Assembly (NCBI GenBank): GCA_031409275.1
Contig: JANNXA010000010.1
Coordinates: 32,001-96,000 of the forward strand
From: Planctomycetota bacterium
GTDB taxonomy: Bacteria > Planctomycetota > B15-G4 > SIAN01
Direction: 5' to 3'
Length of the DNA stretch: 64,000 nt
The notes below the pieces were generated by a model. It had not been told where the DNA came from. It ran no database searches and saw only the letters and a program-made list of their open reading frames with translations. Made by a program: the position numbers and the translations under genes. This document shows, in pieces, positions 1 through 8,735 of this stretch. Positions within the stretch are counted from its first letter, which is position 1. Every line of letters starts with the position of its first letter.

Positions 1-2
1 AC

Positions 3-134
3 GCCGGCTTCCGCAAGGTCGACATCCTCTGGGAGCTCTACGACAAGAACGGGGACGGCAGCGGCGTCTTCCGCCGCGTCGAGCACGCGGTCAACGAGGA
101 CTCCTGGGTCGCCTACCTGCTGGCGTGGAAGTGA
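3..134 (+). CDS. 3' end of a CDS truncated by the window edge, probably a class I SAM-dependent methyltransferase
   Basis: Frame 3 reads AGFRKVDILWELYDKNGDGSGVFRRVEHAVNEDSWVAYLLAWK* (TGA 132-134) with GC3-rich codons. The product is recalled from C-terminal similarity only. Confidence 0.55.
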   Translation, partial: AGFRKVDILWELYDKNGDGSGVFRRVEHAVNEDSWVAYLLAWK

Positions 135-249
135 GCCGAGCGCCGGAGAGCGCTCGCCCATGGCGGTGCTTCGCGCCGACCCGAGGGCGAGCTATCCTCG
201 CGCCCCTCGTTCGCCGCGCCCGGCGTTGCGCTTCGCAAGGATTGCCGCC

Positions 250-534
250 ATGAACGCATCCGTCAGCAAGATCCTCCGCTGGTCCGTCATCGGTGGCGTG
301 GTCGCCTTCGCGATCGACTGGCTCGTTTCGGGCGGGCAGCCGCTGGGCACCCGCATCATGGTCGGGATCATGTGCTTCGGTGCCGGCTTCGTGACCGGCG
401 GGATGATCGCCGCGAACTTCAGCCCCGATCCCGACGCCCCTCCGAGCGGACACGGCGGCAGCGGCCACGCAACGCCACCGTCCGCACCTGCCGCGCCGAC
501 CACTCCGCCTGCGGCGCCGTCGACCGGTCACTGA
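250..534 (+). CDS. Small two-TM membrane protein with a Pro/Ala-rich tail
   Basis: ATG at 250 (MNASVSKILRWSVIGG...), two hydrophobic segments, coding-like codon usage. Confidence 0.65.
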   Translation: MNASVSKILRWSVIGGVVAFAIDWLVSGGQPLGTRIMVGIMCFGAGFVTGGMIAANFSPDPDAPPSGHGGSGHATPPSAPAAPTTPPAAPSTGH

Positions 535-570
535 GCCGCCGCGGCGCGAGTCGCGCTTTGCGGCTCGGGT

Positions 571-2271
571 TCATACGGCGAACGGCGGCGGCATCTTCAA
601 GTGGTGATCGGTCGCCTGCTGGAACGCCGCGCCGACGCGCAGCAGTTCCGACTCGCCGTAGAGCTTGCCCACGAAGCTGATGCTGGTGGGCGTCCCCTGC
701 TTGGTGAACCCGTTCGGCAGCACGAGCGCCGGATGGCCGGTCAAGTTGGTGAGCGCGAGGACCTCGCCTGCGAACGGCGGCGTCACGATGACATCGAAGT
801 CGGCGAAGGCGCGAGCCGTCTCCTCGAGCAGCACGGTGCGCAGGCGCGCCGCGCGCAGGAACTCGACCGCCGGGAAGAAGCGAGCCGCACGGAAGAGGTT
901 GGGCCACGCGCTCGGCCCCTGCTCGCGCAGTTGCCCGAGACGTCCGTCGCGCGTCGGCTCGTCGAACGCGCACGCGCCTTCCACCACCAGCATGTCCGCG
1001 AGGTCATTGGCACCCGCGTCCGGCAGCTCCACCGCCGAAAGCGTCGCCCCTTGCGCCCGCAGCAGGTCGAGCACGTCGCGATCGGCCTTCGGCCCGCCCG
1101 CCGGGAAGCCCGCTTTCAAGTAGCCGATCTTCAGCGCGGACAGCGGCAGCGTCGCGTCGAAGTCGAAGCCGAGGTCAACCGTCGTCCGATCGCGCTCGTC
1201 GCGCCCCTCGAGTGCCGCGAAGACCAATGCGCAATCGAGCGCGCTCCTGCACAACGGCCCGAGCTTGTCCATCGACCACGAGAGCGCCATCGCGCCGTGG
1301 CGTGAAACGCGTCCGAAGGTCGGCCGCAGCCCAGTGACGCCACAGCGTGTCGCGGGCGAGACGATCGATCCGAGCGTCTCGCTGCCGATGGCGAACGGAA
1401 CGAGGCCCGCGGCCGTGGCCGCCGCCGAGCCCGCCGACGAACCGCTCGACCCTTGCTGGAGCTGCCAAGGATTGCGCGTCATCCCGCCGAACCAGAGGTC
1501 CCCCATCGCCAACGCGCCGAGCGAGAGCTTGGCGATGAGCACGGCTCCGGCTGCATCGAGCCGCTCGACCACCGCCGCGTCGAGTTCCGGGACGAACTCG
1601 CGAAACGGTTCAGCGCCAAAGGTCGTGCGCGCGCCCTTGGTGTAGAGCAGGTCCTTCGCGCCCCACGGGATGCCATGCAGCGGGCCGCGCCACTTACCCG
1701 CCGCGATTTCGCGATCGGCCGCCGCGGCCTGCGCCAGCGCACGCTCGTTCAGCAACGTCACCGTGCAGAAGAGGGTCGGGTCATGCTTGGCGAGCCGCGC
1801 GAGGAACATCTCGGTGAGCTCGACCGAGGTGATCGCTCCCGTGCGCAGCAGGGCCGAGAGCTGCCCGATCGAGGCGAAGGCGAGCTCGTTCAAGTCGGCG
1901 GGCGCCTCCGGCTCGAGGAGTTCGGGCAGCCGGACGCGGCGCGCGGCCGCGGGCGGTCGAGTGCGGCCCGGCGCGACCGGATCGAAGTAGAGGCAGGGCG
2001 CGACCTCCATCGCCAACGGTCGCGCGCGCAACCGCGCGTAGGCTTCGCGCCGTTCGTTGACGGAGCGCTCGAGCTGCCGGCGCTCGGCATCGGTGAAGAC
2101 CAGCCCTGCGAGCTTCTCGGCCTCCTCGATGGCGGCGCGGGTGACTGGCGCCCCCTCCTGCGTCACCGCGGCGAGCGCTTGTGGAAACAGGGTGGCGCCG
2201 AGGCCCAGGCCGCCGCACCAGGCGAGGAAGTCGCGTCGAGTACGGTCGGGCGGCGAAGCGGTGGTGGCCAT
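571..2271 (-). CDS. Tat-exported amidase-signature family protein
   Basis: RRDFL Tat motif, GIPWGAKDLL (catalytic Lys), GSSGSSAGSAA and IGSETLGSIVSP amidase-signature motifs. Confidence 0.9.
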   Translation of the reverse strand: MATTASPPDRTRRDFLAWCGGLGLGATLFPQALAAVTQEGAPVTRAAIEEAEKLAGLVFTDAERRQLERSVNERREAYARLRARPLAMEVAPCLYFDPVAPGRTRPPAAARRVRLPELLEPEAPADLNELAFASIGQLSALLRTGAITSVELTEMFLARLAKHDPTLFCTVTLLNERALAQAAAADREIAAGKWRGPLHGIPWGAKDLLYTKGARTTFGAEPFREFVPELDAAVVERLDAAGAVLIAKLSLGALAMGDLWFGGMTRNPWQLQQGSSGSSAGSAAATAAGLVPFAIGSETLGSIVSPATRCGVTGLRPTFGRVSRHGAMALSWSMDKLGPLCRSALDCALVFAALEGRDERDRTTVDLGFDFDATLPLSALKIGYLKAGFPAGGPKADRDVLDLLRAQGATLSAVELPDAGANDLADMLVVEGACAFDEPTRDGRLGQLREQGPSAWPNLFRAARFFPAVEFLRAARLRTVLLEETARAFADFDVIVTPPFAGEVLALTNLTGHPALVLPNGFTKQGTPTSISFVGKLYGESELLRVGAAFQQATDHHLKMPPPFAV

Positions 2272-2368
2272 CGACGGACTCCAGCAACGAGCGTCACCGG
2301 CGACGCCGCAAGGTCGGCGGAGGGTATCCGTGGGCTGGACCGTCGCCGAAAATTCGACGGCCCATCAC

Positions 2369-2393
2369 TTGATACTGAGACTCCGTCTCAATA
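2369..2393 (+). promoter_or_regulatory. Fur-box-like inverted repeat upstream of the porin/FMN-ApbE operon
   Basis: TTGATACTGAGACTCCGTCTCAATA, core TGAGAC-tcc-GTCTCA. AT-rich island about 80 bp upstream of ATG 2475. Confidence 0.6.
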
Positions 2394-2474
2394 CGATCGC
2401 GCTCCTTCGTGGGGGGCGAGTCCGCCGTCGCGCCCACCTCGTTCTTCCTCGAAACCCAACCGGTCAACGGAACC

Positions 2475-3896
2475 ATGCACTTCCAATCGCTTCCAGTTGC
2501 TGCGCTCCTCCCGTTGCTCGCGCCGACGATGGCGTTCTCGCAGACGGCCCCGACTCAGGCCGAGCTGCTCGAACGGCTCGATCGCGTCGAACGCGAGAAT
2601 CGCGAACTGCAGGGCCGCGTCGATCGACTCGACCGGCCCGCCGGTGGCGCGCTCGACCGCGAACTCGCCGAGCTCGGCGCTCCCGGAAGCACCGCGGCCG
2701 CGGCGACGGACGATGCGCTTGGTGCTCCCGGTCGCGCGCTCGCCGACAGCGGCCTGTCGCAGGCCTTCGGCGGCCTCTACACCAAGCCGTTCCTCGCGAG
2801 CAGCAACGGCATCGCGCTCGGCGGCTACGTCGACCTCGAGTACCGCGACCCAACCAACGCCGACCGCGACCTGCGCTTCCATCGCCTCATCCCGTTCATC
2901 TACGCGCAGCCGAGCGAGCACGTGAAGTTCGCCACCGAGATCGAGATCGAGGATGGCCACGAACTCGAAGTCGAGTTCGCGGTCGTCGATCTCTGCTTCA
3001 CCGATCCGTTCAACTTCCGCGCGGGAGTGATCTTGTCGCCGCTCGGCAAGTTCAACCTCGTGCACGACTCGCCGGTGAACGAACTCACCGACCGACCGCT
3101 CGTCGATTCGACGGTGATCCCGACGACGCTGCGCGAAGCGGGCTTCGGCGCGTTCGGCACGCTTGCGGACGCCGACTCGGCGCTTGGTCAGCTGACGTAC
3201 GAGGCCTACCTCACCACCGGCTTCAAGGGGCTGCTCGACGACGGAACCGCGGCCTTCGATCGCAAGGACGGGCTGAAGAACGGGCGACCGCACGAAGAGG
3301 TCGGCACCGAGCACTCCTTCGAGGACATCAACAACGGCTTCGCCGGGGTCGCTCGCCTCGAATGGAGTCCGTCGCTCGGCGCGGTCCTCGGCTTCTCGGG
3401 CCATCGCGGCGCCTACGACGAAAGCGGCGACAACGAGCTCACCATCCTCGCGTTCGACGCGGCGCTCGATGGACGAACCGTGTCTCGCCTCTTCGGTGCG
3501 ACCGGGACCGCGGCGCGAGTGATCGACGGCTTCGAACTGCTCGGCGAGGCCGCCCACGCGCACCTGCAGACCGACGCGTTCGCCCGTTCGGCGGGCATCC
3601 CCGACCGCCTGCAAGGTTGGTACGCGCAGCTCAACTACCGGCTCTACCCCGACTTCCTGCGCTCCGCCGAGCAGCACGGTTGGGTCGATGCGGGTTCGCG
3701 CATCACGCTCGTGGCGCGCTGGGACGACATCGACCTCGATGGCGCCGAGCGCGAGCGGCTCACCTTCGGCGTGAACTTCCGTCCCAACCAGTCGCAGACG
3801 GTGCTCAAGTTCGACTGGCAGTTCAATTCCGAGAGCGGCACCACGACCGAGACGCGCAACGACGCGTTCGTCGCCTCGATCGCCACCTACTTCTGA
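2475..3896 (+). CDS. Outer-membrane beta-barrel porin with an N-terminal coiled coil
   Basis: Signal peptide MHFQSLPVAALLPLLAPTMAFS, coiled coil ELLERLDRVERENRELQ, alternating amphipathic strands, C-terminal ...ASIATYF. Confidence 0.8.
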   Translation: MHFQSLPVAALLPLLAPTMAFSQTAPTQAELLERLDRVERENRELQGRVDRLDRPAGGALDRELAELGAPGSTAAAATDDALGAPGRALADSGLSQAFGGLYTKPFLASSNGIALGGYVDLEYRDPTNADRDLRFHRLIPFIYAQPSEHVKFATEIEIEDGHELEVEFAVVDLCFTDPFNFRAGVILSPLGKFNLVHDSPVNELTDRPLVDSTVIPTTLREAGFGAFGTLADADSALGQLTYEAYLTTGFKGLLDDGTAAFDRKDGLKNGRPHEEVGTEHSFEDINNGFAGVARLEWSPSLGAVLGFSGHRGAYDESGDNELTILAFDAALDGRTVSRLFGATGTAARVIDGFELLGEAAHAHLQTDAFARSAGIPDRLQGWYAQLNYRLYPDFLRSAEQHGWVDAGSRITLVARWDDIDLDGAERERLTFGVNFRPNQSQTVLKFDWQFNSESGTTTETRNDAFVASIATYF

Positions 3897-3909
3897 GCGT
3901 GACCCAACC

Positions 3910-5493
3910 ATGACGTGGCTCGCCTCGCTGATGCTCGCGTTCGCGGCGGTGGCCTCGCCGCGCAGCGCGGCCGACGACCCGCAGATCCTGCTGACGAAGA
4001 CGCAGGCGTTGCGGATCGCTTTCCCGGATTGCGCGGCCGCGCTCGAGGTGCGCCGCCTCCTCTCCGACGACGAGAAGCGCGCGCTCGAGGCCGCGCTCGG
4101 GCGGACGCTCGAGGAGAAGGGCTTCCTCGTCTACTACGGGCTGCGCGAAGGAGCGCTCGACGGCTTCGCGGTCATCACCAACGAGATCGGCAAGACCGAG
4201 CCGATCACCTTCATCGTGGCGGCCGAGCTCGACGGCCGCGTGCGCCGCTGTGCCGTGATGGTCTATCGCGAGTCGCACGGCGGCGAGGTGCGCTCGCGCC
4301 GCTTCCTGCAGCAACTCGAAGGACGCACGCTCGCCGATCCGATCGCCGTGCATCGCGACGTGATCCACGTCAGCGGTGCCACCCTCTCCTCGCACGCCTT
4401 GTGCAACGGGACGCGGAAGGTCCTGACGCTGCTCGGACAGCTCTACCCGCAACGGGCAGCCGCCACGCTCGTCGCGCAAGCACGCCGTGCGGGCGCGAAG
4501 GAGATCGCGCTCACGGACGCCAAGGATCCCGCTCCCACCACCGCCAGCACGACGCCCGTCGACGCGCGTCGCCTGGTGATGGGCAGCGAGATCTCGGTCC
4601 GCGCGCTTTCGTCCGATCCGCGGGCGCACGAGCTCGTGCAGCAGGCGCTTGACGCCGCGGAAGCGCTGGACGCCGTTCTCTCGGACTGGCGCGACGACAG
4701 CGAACTGACGCGAGTGAATCGCGACGCGATGCGACACGCAGTGCCGGTCAGCGAGCCACTCGCCGACTTCCTGCGACAGTCGCGCGAACTTTGGCAGGCG
4801 AGCGGCGGCGCCTTCGATCCCGCGATCGGACGGTTGGTTCGGGCGTGGGGTTTCCGCGGTGGTCCCGCCACCCGCCCCGACGCCCGCACGCTGGCCGGTT
4901 GGGTCGGCCACGCGAGTCTTGACCACGTCTCGTTCGACGCAGCGGCGGCCACGGTGATCTTCACCGACCCCGCGGTGCAGCTCGATCCGGGCGCGATCGG
5001 CAAGGGCATGGCGGTCGACGCGGTCGTCGCGTCGCTGCTGGCGCACGGCATCTCGAACGCGCTGGTCGACTTCGGCAGCACGCAGCGGGCGATCGGGCCG
5101 GGTGAGGAAGGCGATGGCTGGCCGGTGGCGCTGCGCGATCCGTTCAGCGCCGAGCGCTCGCTCGAGGTCGTGATGCTGCGCGACCGCGCGCTCTCGACCT
5201 CGGGCGGCTACGAGAAGTGGATCGAACTCGACGGCGAACGGCTGCCTCACCTCCTCGATCCGCGGAACGGTTCACCGGTGCGCGGCAGCGCCTCTGCGAG
5301 CGTGCTCGCCGCCACCGGCGCGCGCGCCGATGCGCTTTCCACCGCGCTCTACGTGCTCGGCCGCGACGCGGGATTCGGCATGCTGGCCGCCCTTCCCGAT
5401 GCCGCGGGCTGTTTCGTACCGAGCCGCGGCGAGGCCTCCCGCTGCCCGCGCTGGCCGGGAGCGGAGGATCGAAGCGAGTGCGTTACACGCTGA
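3910..5493 (+). CDS. apbE: Fusion of an FMN-binding (flavinylation substrate) domain and an ApbE FAD:protein FMN transferase
   Basis: Signal peptide. N-domain has YRESHGGEV and DVIHVSGATLSS. C-domain has the ApbE motifs FDPAIG, DPGAIGKGMAVD, STSGGYEK, HLLDPRNG and ADALSTAL. Confidence 0.88.
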   Translation: MTWLASLMLAFAAVASPRSAADDPQILLTKTQALRIAFPDCAAALEVRRLLSDDEKRALEAALGRTLEEKGFLVYYGLREGALDGFAVITNEIGKTEPITFIVAAELDGRVRRCAVMVYRESHGGEVRSRRFLQQLEGRTLADPIAVHRDVIHVSGATLSSHALCNGTRKVLTLLGQLYPQRAAATLVAQARRAGAKEIALTDAKDPAPTTASTTPVDARRLVMGSEISVRALSSDPRAHELVQQALDAAEALDAVLSDWRDDSELTRVNRDAMRHAVPVSEPLADFLRQSRELWQASGGAFDPAIGRLVRAWGFRGGPATRPDARTLAGWVGHASLDHVSFDAAAATVIFTDPAVQLDPGAIGKGMAVDAVVASLLAHGISNALVDFGSTQRAIGPGEEGDGWPVALRDPFSAERSLEVVMLRDRALSTSGGYEKWIELDGERLPHLLDPRNGSPVRGSASASVLAATGARADALSTALYVLGRDAGFGMLAALPDAAGCFVPSRGEASRCPRWPGAEDRSECVTR

Positions 5494-6068
5494 GCCCGAA
5501 GCTCCATCTGTCGCGGCTGCCGCTGCCGACGCGCGTGCTGCTCACCGCGTTCGTGCTGTCGATCGAGGCAGCGCTAGCGGTTGGAGGGCTGAAGTACACC
5601 GATCGCGCCGAGTTCACGCCGGCGGGCGCTCGCCTCTACTGGAACGGCGATGCCACGGCGGACCACGGCGATGGGCTGCTGCCAGGAGAAGCGGAGATCG
5701 AGGACACGCGCCCGGCAGCGGGACGGCCGGCGGCGTCTCGAAAGACGACTCGCTTCCTGATCGACATCGTCCATCCCCACCTGTTCACGGTGCCGATCGT
5801 CCTCTTCATCCTGCTGCACCTGCTGATCCTGACGCGGCTCACGGATCGCTGGAAGATCGCGCTGACCGTGCACGCGTTCGCTTCCTGCGGCGCCACGTTC
5901 GGGCTGCCGTTCCTGGTCGCTGCAACCGGCGTCGGCGCCGCCGCCTTCATCGTGGCCGGGAGCAACTTGCTGCTCGCCTTCGTCGGCGTCGGCACATTGC
6001 TGCTGGTCGAGCTGTGGCGACGCGGCCCCGATCAGGGCAGCGAAAGCTCAACCACCAACGGGCGGTGA
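5478..6068 (+). CDS. Four-TM inner-membrane protein with His residues in the helices (possible heme-b binder)
   Basis: GTG at 5478 after GGAGG, overlapping the apbE stop. Motifs IVHPHLFTVPIVLFILLHLL and LTVHAF. Confidence 0.75.
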   Translation: MRYTLSPKLHLSRLPLPTRVLLTAFVLSIEAALAVGGLKYTDRAEFTPAGARLYWNGDATADHGDGLLPGEAEIEDTRPAAGRPAASRKTTRFLIDIVHPHLFTVPIVLFILLHLLILTRLTDRWKIALTVHAFASCGATFGLPFLVAATGVGAAAFIVAGSNLLLAFVGVGTLLLVELWRRGPDQGSESSTTNGR

Positions 6069-6748
6069 TCCGACGCGGTTCGAGCCAGCACGCCCTCGAC
6101 CCGCTCGCAACTCACGATGCCGATGTCGCCGCGCACGAAGATGCGGTCGAGCGGCCGTACTGGCTGGAACGCGGGGAAGGTCAACGGCGCGCGCAACGTG
6201 CTGCGGAAGCCGGCCGGCTGGAGCACCGACGGCCCGAGCCGCTGCCAGACATCGTTCAAGTCGCCCGCCAGGACCACGTGCTCGTCGCTGCCGTGGTGTT
6301 CGTCGAGGAACCGCAGCACGCGGCGCAGCTGTTGTCGGCGCTCCGCTTCGGCGAGTCCGAGGTGGCAGTTGAAGACCCAAAGGCCCTGCTTCAGTCCCGC
6401 GCACGGAATTCTCACGTGCAGCGCCGAGCGGCGCTTGTGCAGCGGCAGCGTCAGGCTCAGGTTGTGCGCCGCTCGAAACGGCAATCGCGACAGGATCGCG
6501 TTGCCGTAGCGCCCGACGTTCAGATGGTGGTTGGGCTCGAACGCCCGCCACTCCATCCCGAGCGCGTCACCGATCAGGTCGACCTGGCGATCGAGGCGCG
6601 AGCGACGCGCCCCCTCGTCGACTTCCTGCAGCAGGCAGACGTCGGCATCGATCGCGCGCAATTGCTCGATGATGCGCTCCGGCCGGTAGAGCCGGTCGAT
6701 GCCGCCGATCCCCTTGTGGATGTTCCAGCTCGCGAGGCGAAGGCGCAT
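6032..6748 (-). CDS. Endonuclease/exonuclease/phosphatase (EEP, YbhP-like) family protein
   Basis: SWNIHKG, LLQEVD, GNAILS, LAGDLND, LDRIF and SDHRP motifs. Confidence 0.9.
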   Translation of the reverse strand: MRLRLASWNIHKGIGGIDRLYRPERIIEQLRAIDADVCLLQEVDEGARRSRLDRQVDLIGDALGMEWRAFEPNHHLNVGRYGNAILSRLPFRAAHNLSLTLPLHKRRSALHVRIPCAGLKQGLWVFNCHLGLAEAERRQQLRRVLRFLDEHHGSDEHVVLAGDLNDVWQRLGPSVLQPAGFRSTLRAPLTFPAFQPVRPLDRIFVRGDIGIVSCERVEGVLARTASDHRPLVVELSLP

Positions 6749-6770
6749 GCGATCGTCGATCGGGCGCCGA

Positions 6771-7172
6771 TCAGGCCGGAACGCGGCCGATGCCGTCGGC
6801 AGCGATCGGCAACGTCACCCGTCGACCGCTCTTGGCGATCGAGGAGTTGCGCACGATCGCCTCGAGCACTTCGACGTAGTCGAGGAAGCGCTTGCGACCG
6901 CCGCGCGAGAAGGCGATCCACGTCGTCGGACGCCCGCCTTCCTTCTCTTCGCGCTCGAGCGTGATGATCCCCGCCTCTTCGAGCGCCTTCAGGTGACGAC
7001 TGAGGTTGCCGTCCGTGAGGTCGCAGAGTTCCTTCAGCTCGGCGAAGGCGACCGGACCGCGGCCGGCGATGAGGCAGGAGAGGATGCCAAGCCGCGCCCG
7101 CTCGTGGAGCACGCGATCGAGCTCGGGATAGGCGAAGCGCCCCTTGGTGTCGGTGTCGCGTGGAGCGCTCAT
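6771..7172 (-). CDS. Winged helix-turn-helix transcriptional regulator (ArsR/MarR-like)
   Basis: LDRVLHERARLGILSCL...FAELKELCDLTDGNLSRHLKALEEAG...GRKRFLDYVEVL. Confidence 0.88.
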   Translation of the reverse strand: MSAPRDTDTKGRFAYPELDRVLHERARLGILSCLIAGRGPVAFAELKELCDLTDGNLSRHLKALEEAGIITLEREEKEGGRPTTWIAFSRGGRKRFLDYVEVLEAIVRNSSIAKSGRRVTLPIAADGIGRVPA

Positions 7173-7780
7173 GCGCGCGCCTCCTCTTCACGCCCTGCTC
7201 CGCGCGAGAGGACCCACGCGAGCGCCAGCTGCCCGACGCAGAAGACCGCGGCCATGACGTTCGCGCGTAACGCGGTCGTCGCCGGAAGGAGCAGCAGCGT
7301 CGCCGCACCCGCGGCCACGTAGGCGAGCCCGATCCAAGCGCAGCCGCGGGGAACGTGCCGTCGCGACGAGAGCACGCCGCCGCCGTAGACCACCATCCAG
7401 GCGCCTGGCAGCAGATCGAGCTGTCCACGCGCGACGAACGCGACCGTGAGGACGAAGCCGGCGACGATCGCCGGCATCAGGTCGAGCAACGCCGCGAACG
7501 CGAGGCTGCGCTCCCACTGGCGGGGCGAAGCTCCGTACGTGCGCGCGATGACCGCGACGTTCATCGCGAAGCTGACCGCAGCCGTGACGACCCACAACCC
7601 CACGAACGCGAGCGGGCCGGGCACCATCGAATACTGGAGCGCCCCCGCCACCAGCGCGAGAGCACCCGACCAGGCGACCGGCGCCGCGCGGTAGCCGTCG
7701 AAGGCTCCGCTGCGCGCCAGCATGCGGCGAATCTCGAAGAGGTCGCTGCGAGCGACCTGTCCGCGGGCGGCGTCGTTCAT
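7169..7780 (-). CDS. Multi-pass (about 6 TM) membrane protein
   Basis: 203 aa, mostly hydrophobic. 4-bp ATGA overlaps with both neighbours. Confidence 0.8.
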   Translation of the reverse strand: MNDAARGQVARSDLFEIRRMLARSGAFDGYRAAPVAWSGALALVAGALQYSMVPGPLAFVGLWVVTAAVSFAMNVAVIARTYGASPRQWERSLAFAALLDLMPAIVAGFVLTVAFVARGQLDLLPGAWMVVYGGGVLSSRRHVPRGCAWIGLAYVAAGAATLLLLPATTALRANVMAAVFCVGQLALAWVLSRGAGREEEARA

Positions 7781-8598
7781 TGGATTTTGCTCCGCAGCAA
7801 TTCGACCGGTGCGTGCGTGCTGCGCCGCAGGTCAGACTCGGTCTTGTCGTCGACACGGCCGAAGCGGCGGCGGCGGCGGGCGAACTCGCGGCACGCCGCC
7901 TCGAGTCCCGCTTCGTCGAAGTCGGGCCACAACGTCGGCAGGAACAGCAGCTCGGCGTAGGCGAGCTGCCAGGGCAGGAAGTTGGAGATGCGCGCTTCCC
8001 CGCCCGTTCGGATCAGCAGGTCGACCGGCGGAACCGCCGCCGACGGCAGCATCTGCTGCAGTTGCTCCGGCGTGAACGGCGTCGGCGGCAAGGTCCCGTC
8101 GCGCGCGCCACGGCGAACGCGCTCGGCGAGTTCGGTCAGGTCCCACCAGCCACCGTAGTCGAGCGCGAGACACAGCGTCATGCGCGTACCGCCGGCCGTG
8201 TCGCGCGCGACGCGATCGAGTTCCTCGCGGGCGCTCTCCGGCATGCGATCACGTCGGCCGATCGAGGTGAGGCGAATCCCCTGCTTCTGGCACTTGGGCC
8301 CGCGCCGCTTGAGGTCGCGCACCAGCAACTTCCAGAGGGTGTCGACCTCTTTCTGGGGCCGCTGCCAGTTCTCCGTCGAGAACGCATAGAGCGTGAGCGA
8401 CTGGATCCCGATCCGTGCCGCCGCCTCGGTGACGCGGTCGACCGAGATGGCGCCGGCGCGATGGCCCGCCGCGCGCGGGAGCCCCCGCTGCTGGGCCCAG
8501 CGGCCGTTGCCGTCCATGATCACGGCCACCGAGCGCGGGATCGCCTCGGGCGAGATCGCGGAACCGGGACGATTGGAGTCAGCGGTCGATTCAGCCAT
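7777..8598 (-). CDS. uppS: cis-prenyltransferase (undecaprenyl diphosphate synthase family)
   Basis: IMDGNGRWA, GHRAG, YAFSTENWQRP, LIRTGGEARISNFLPWQLAYAEL, RRRFG. Confidence 0.93.
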   Translation of the reverse strand: MAESTADSNRPGSAISPEAIPRSVAVIMDGNGRWAQQRGLPRAAGHRAGAISVDRVTEAAARIGIQSLTLYAFSTENWQRPQKEVDTLWKLLVRDLKRRGPKCQKQGIRLTSIGRRDRMPESAREELDRVARDTAGGTRMTLCLALDYGGWWDLTELAERVRRGARDGTLPPTPFTPEQLQQMLPSAAVPPVDLLIRTGGEARISNFLPWQLAYAELLFLPTLWPDFDEAGLEAACREFARRRRRFGRVDDKTESDLRRSTHAPVELLRSKIQ

Positions 8599-8642
8599 GA
8601 GCGGTCCAAGGTGGGCGGCGCCCTTCGCGGCGGCGCAGTTTC

Positions 8643-8659
8643 ACTTTGCGTGGCAAAGT
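8643..8659. promoter_or_regulatory. Perfect 7-3-7 palindromic operator upstream of the uppS operon
   Basis: ACTTTGC-gtg-GCAAAGT, 45 bp upstream of the uppS start. Confidence 0.7.
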
Positions 8660-8735
8660 ATCACCGATTGACCACCACGTCGTCAAGCGGCTGCTCGATC
8701 GGGGGCCGCGGCGAGTCGCCGGCCGGAACGACCCT

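Noticed and set aside
6032..6068. 37-bp convergent overlap between the 4-TM gene and the EEP gene
   Set aside because: Short tail-to-tail overlaps are common in GC-rich genomes, and nothing suggests a regulatory role.
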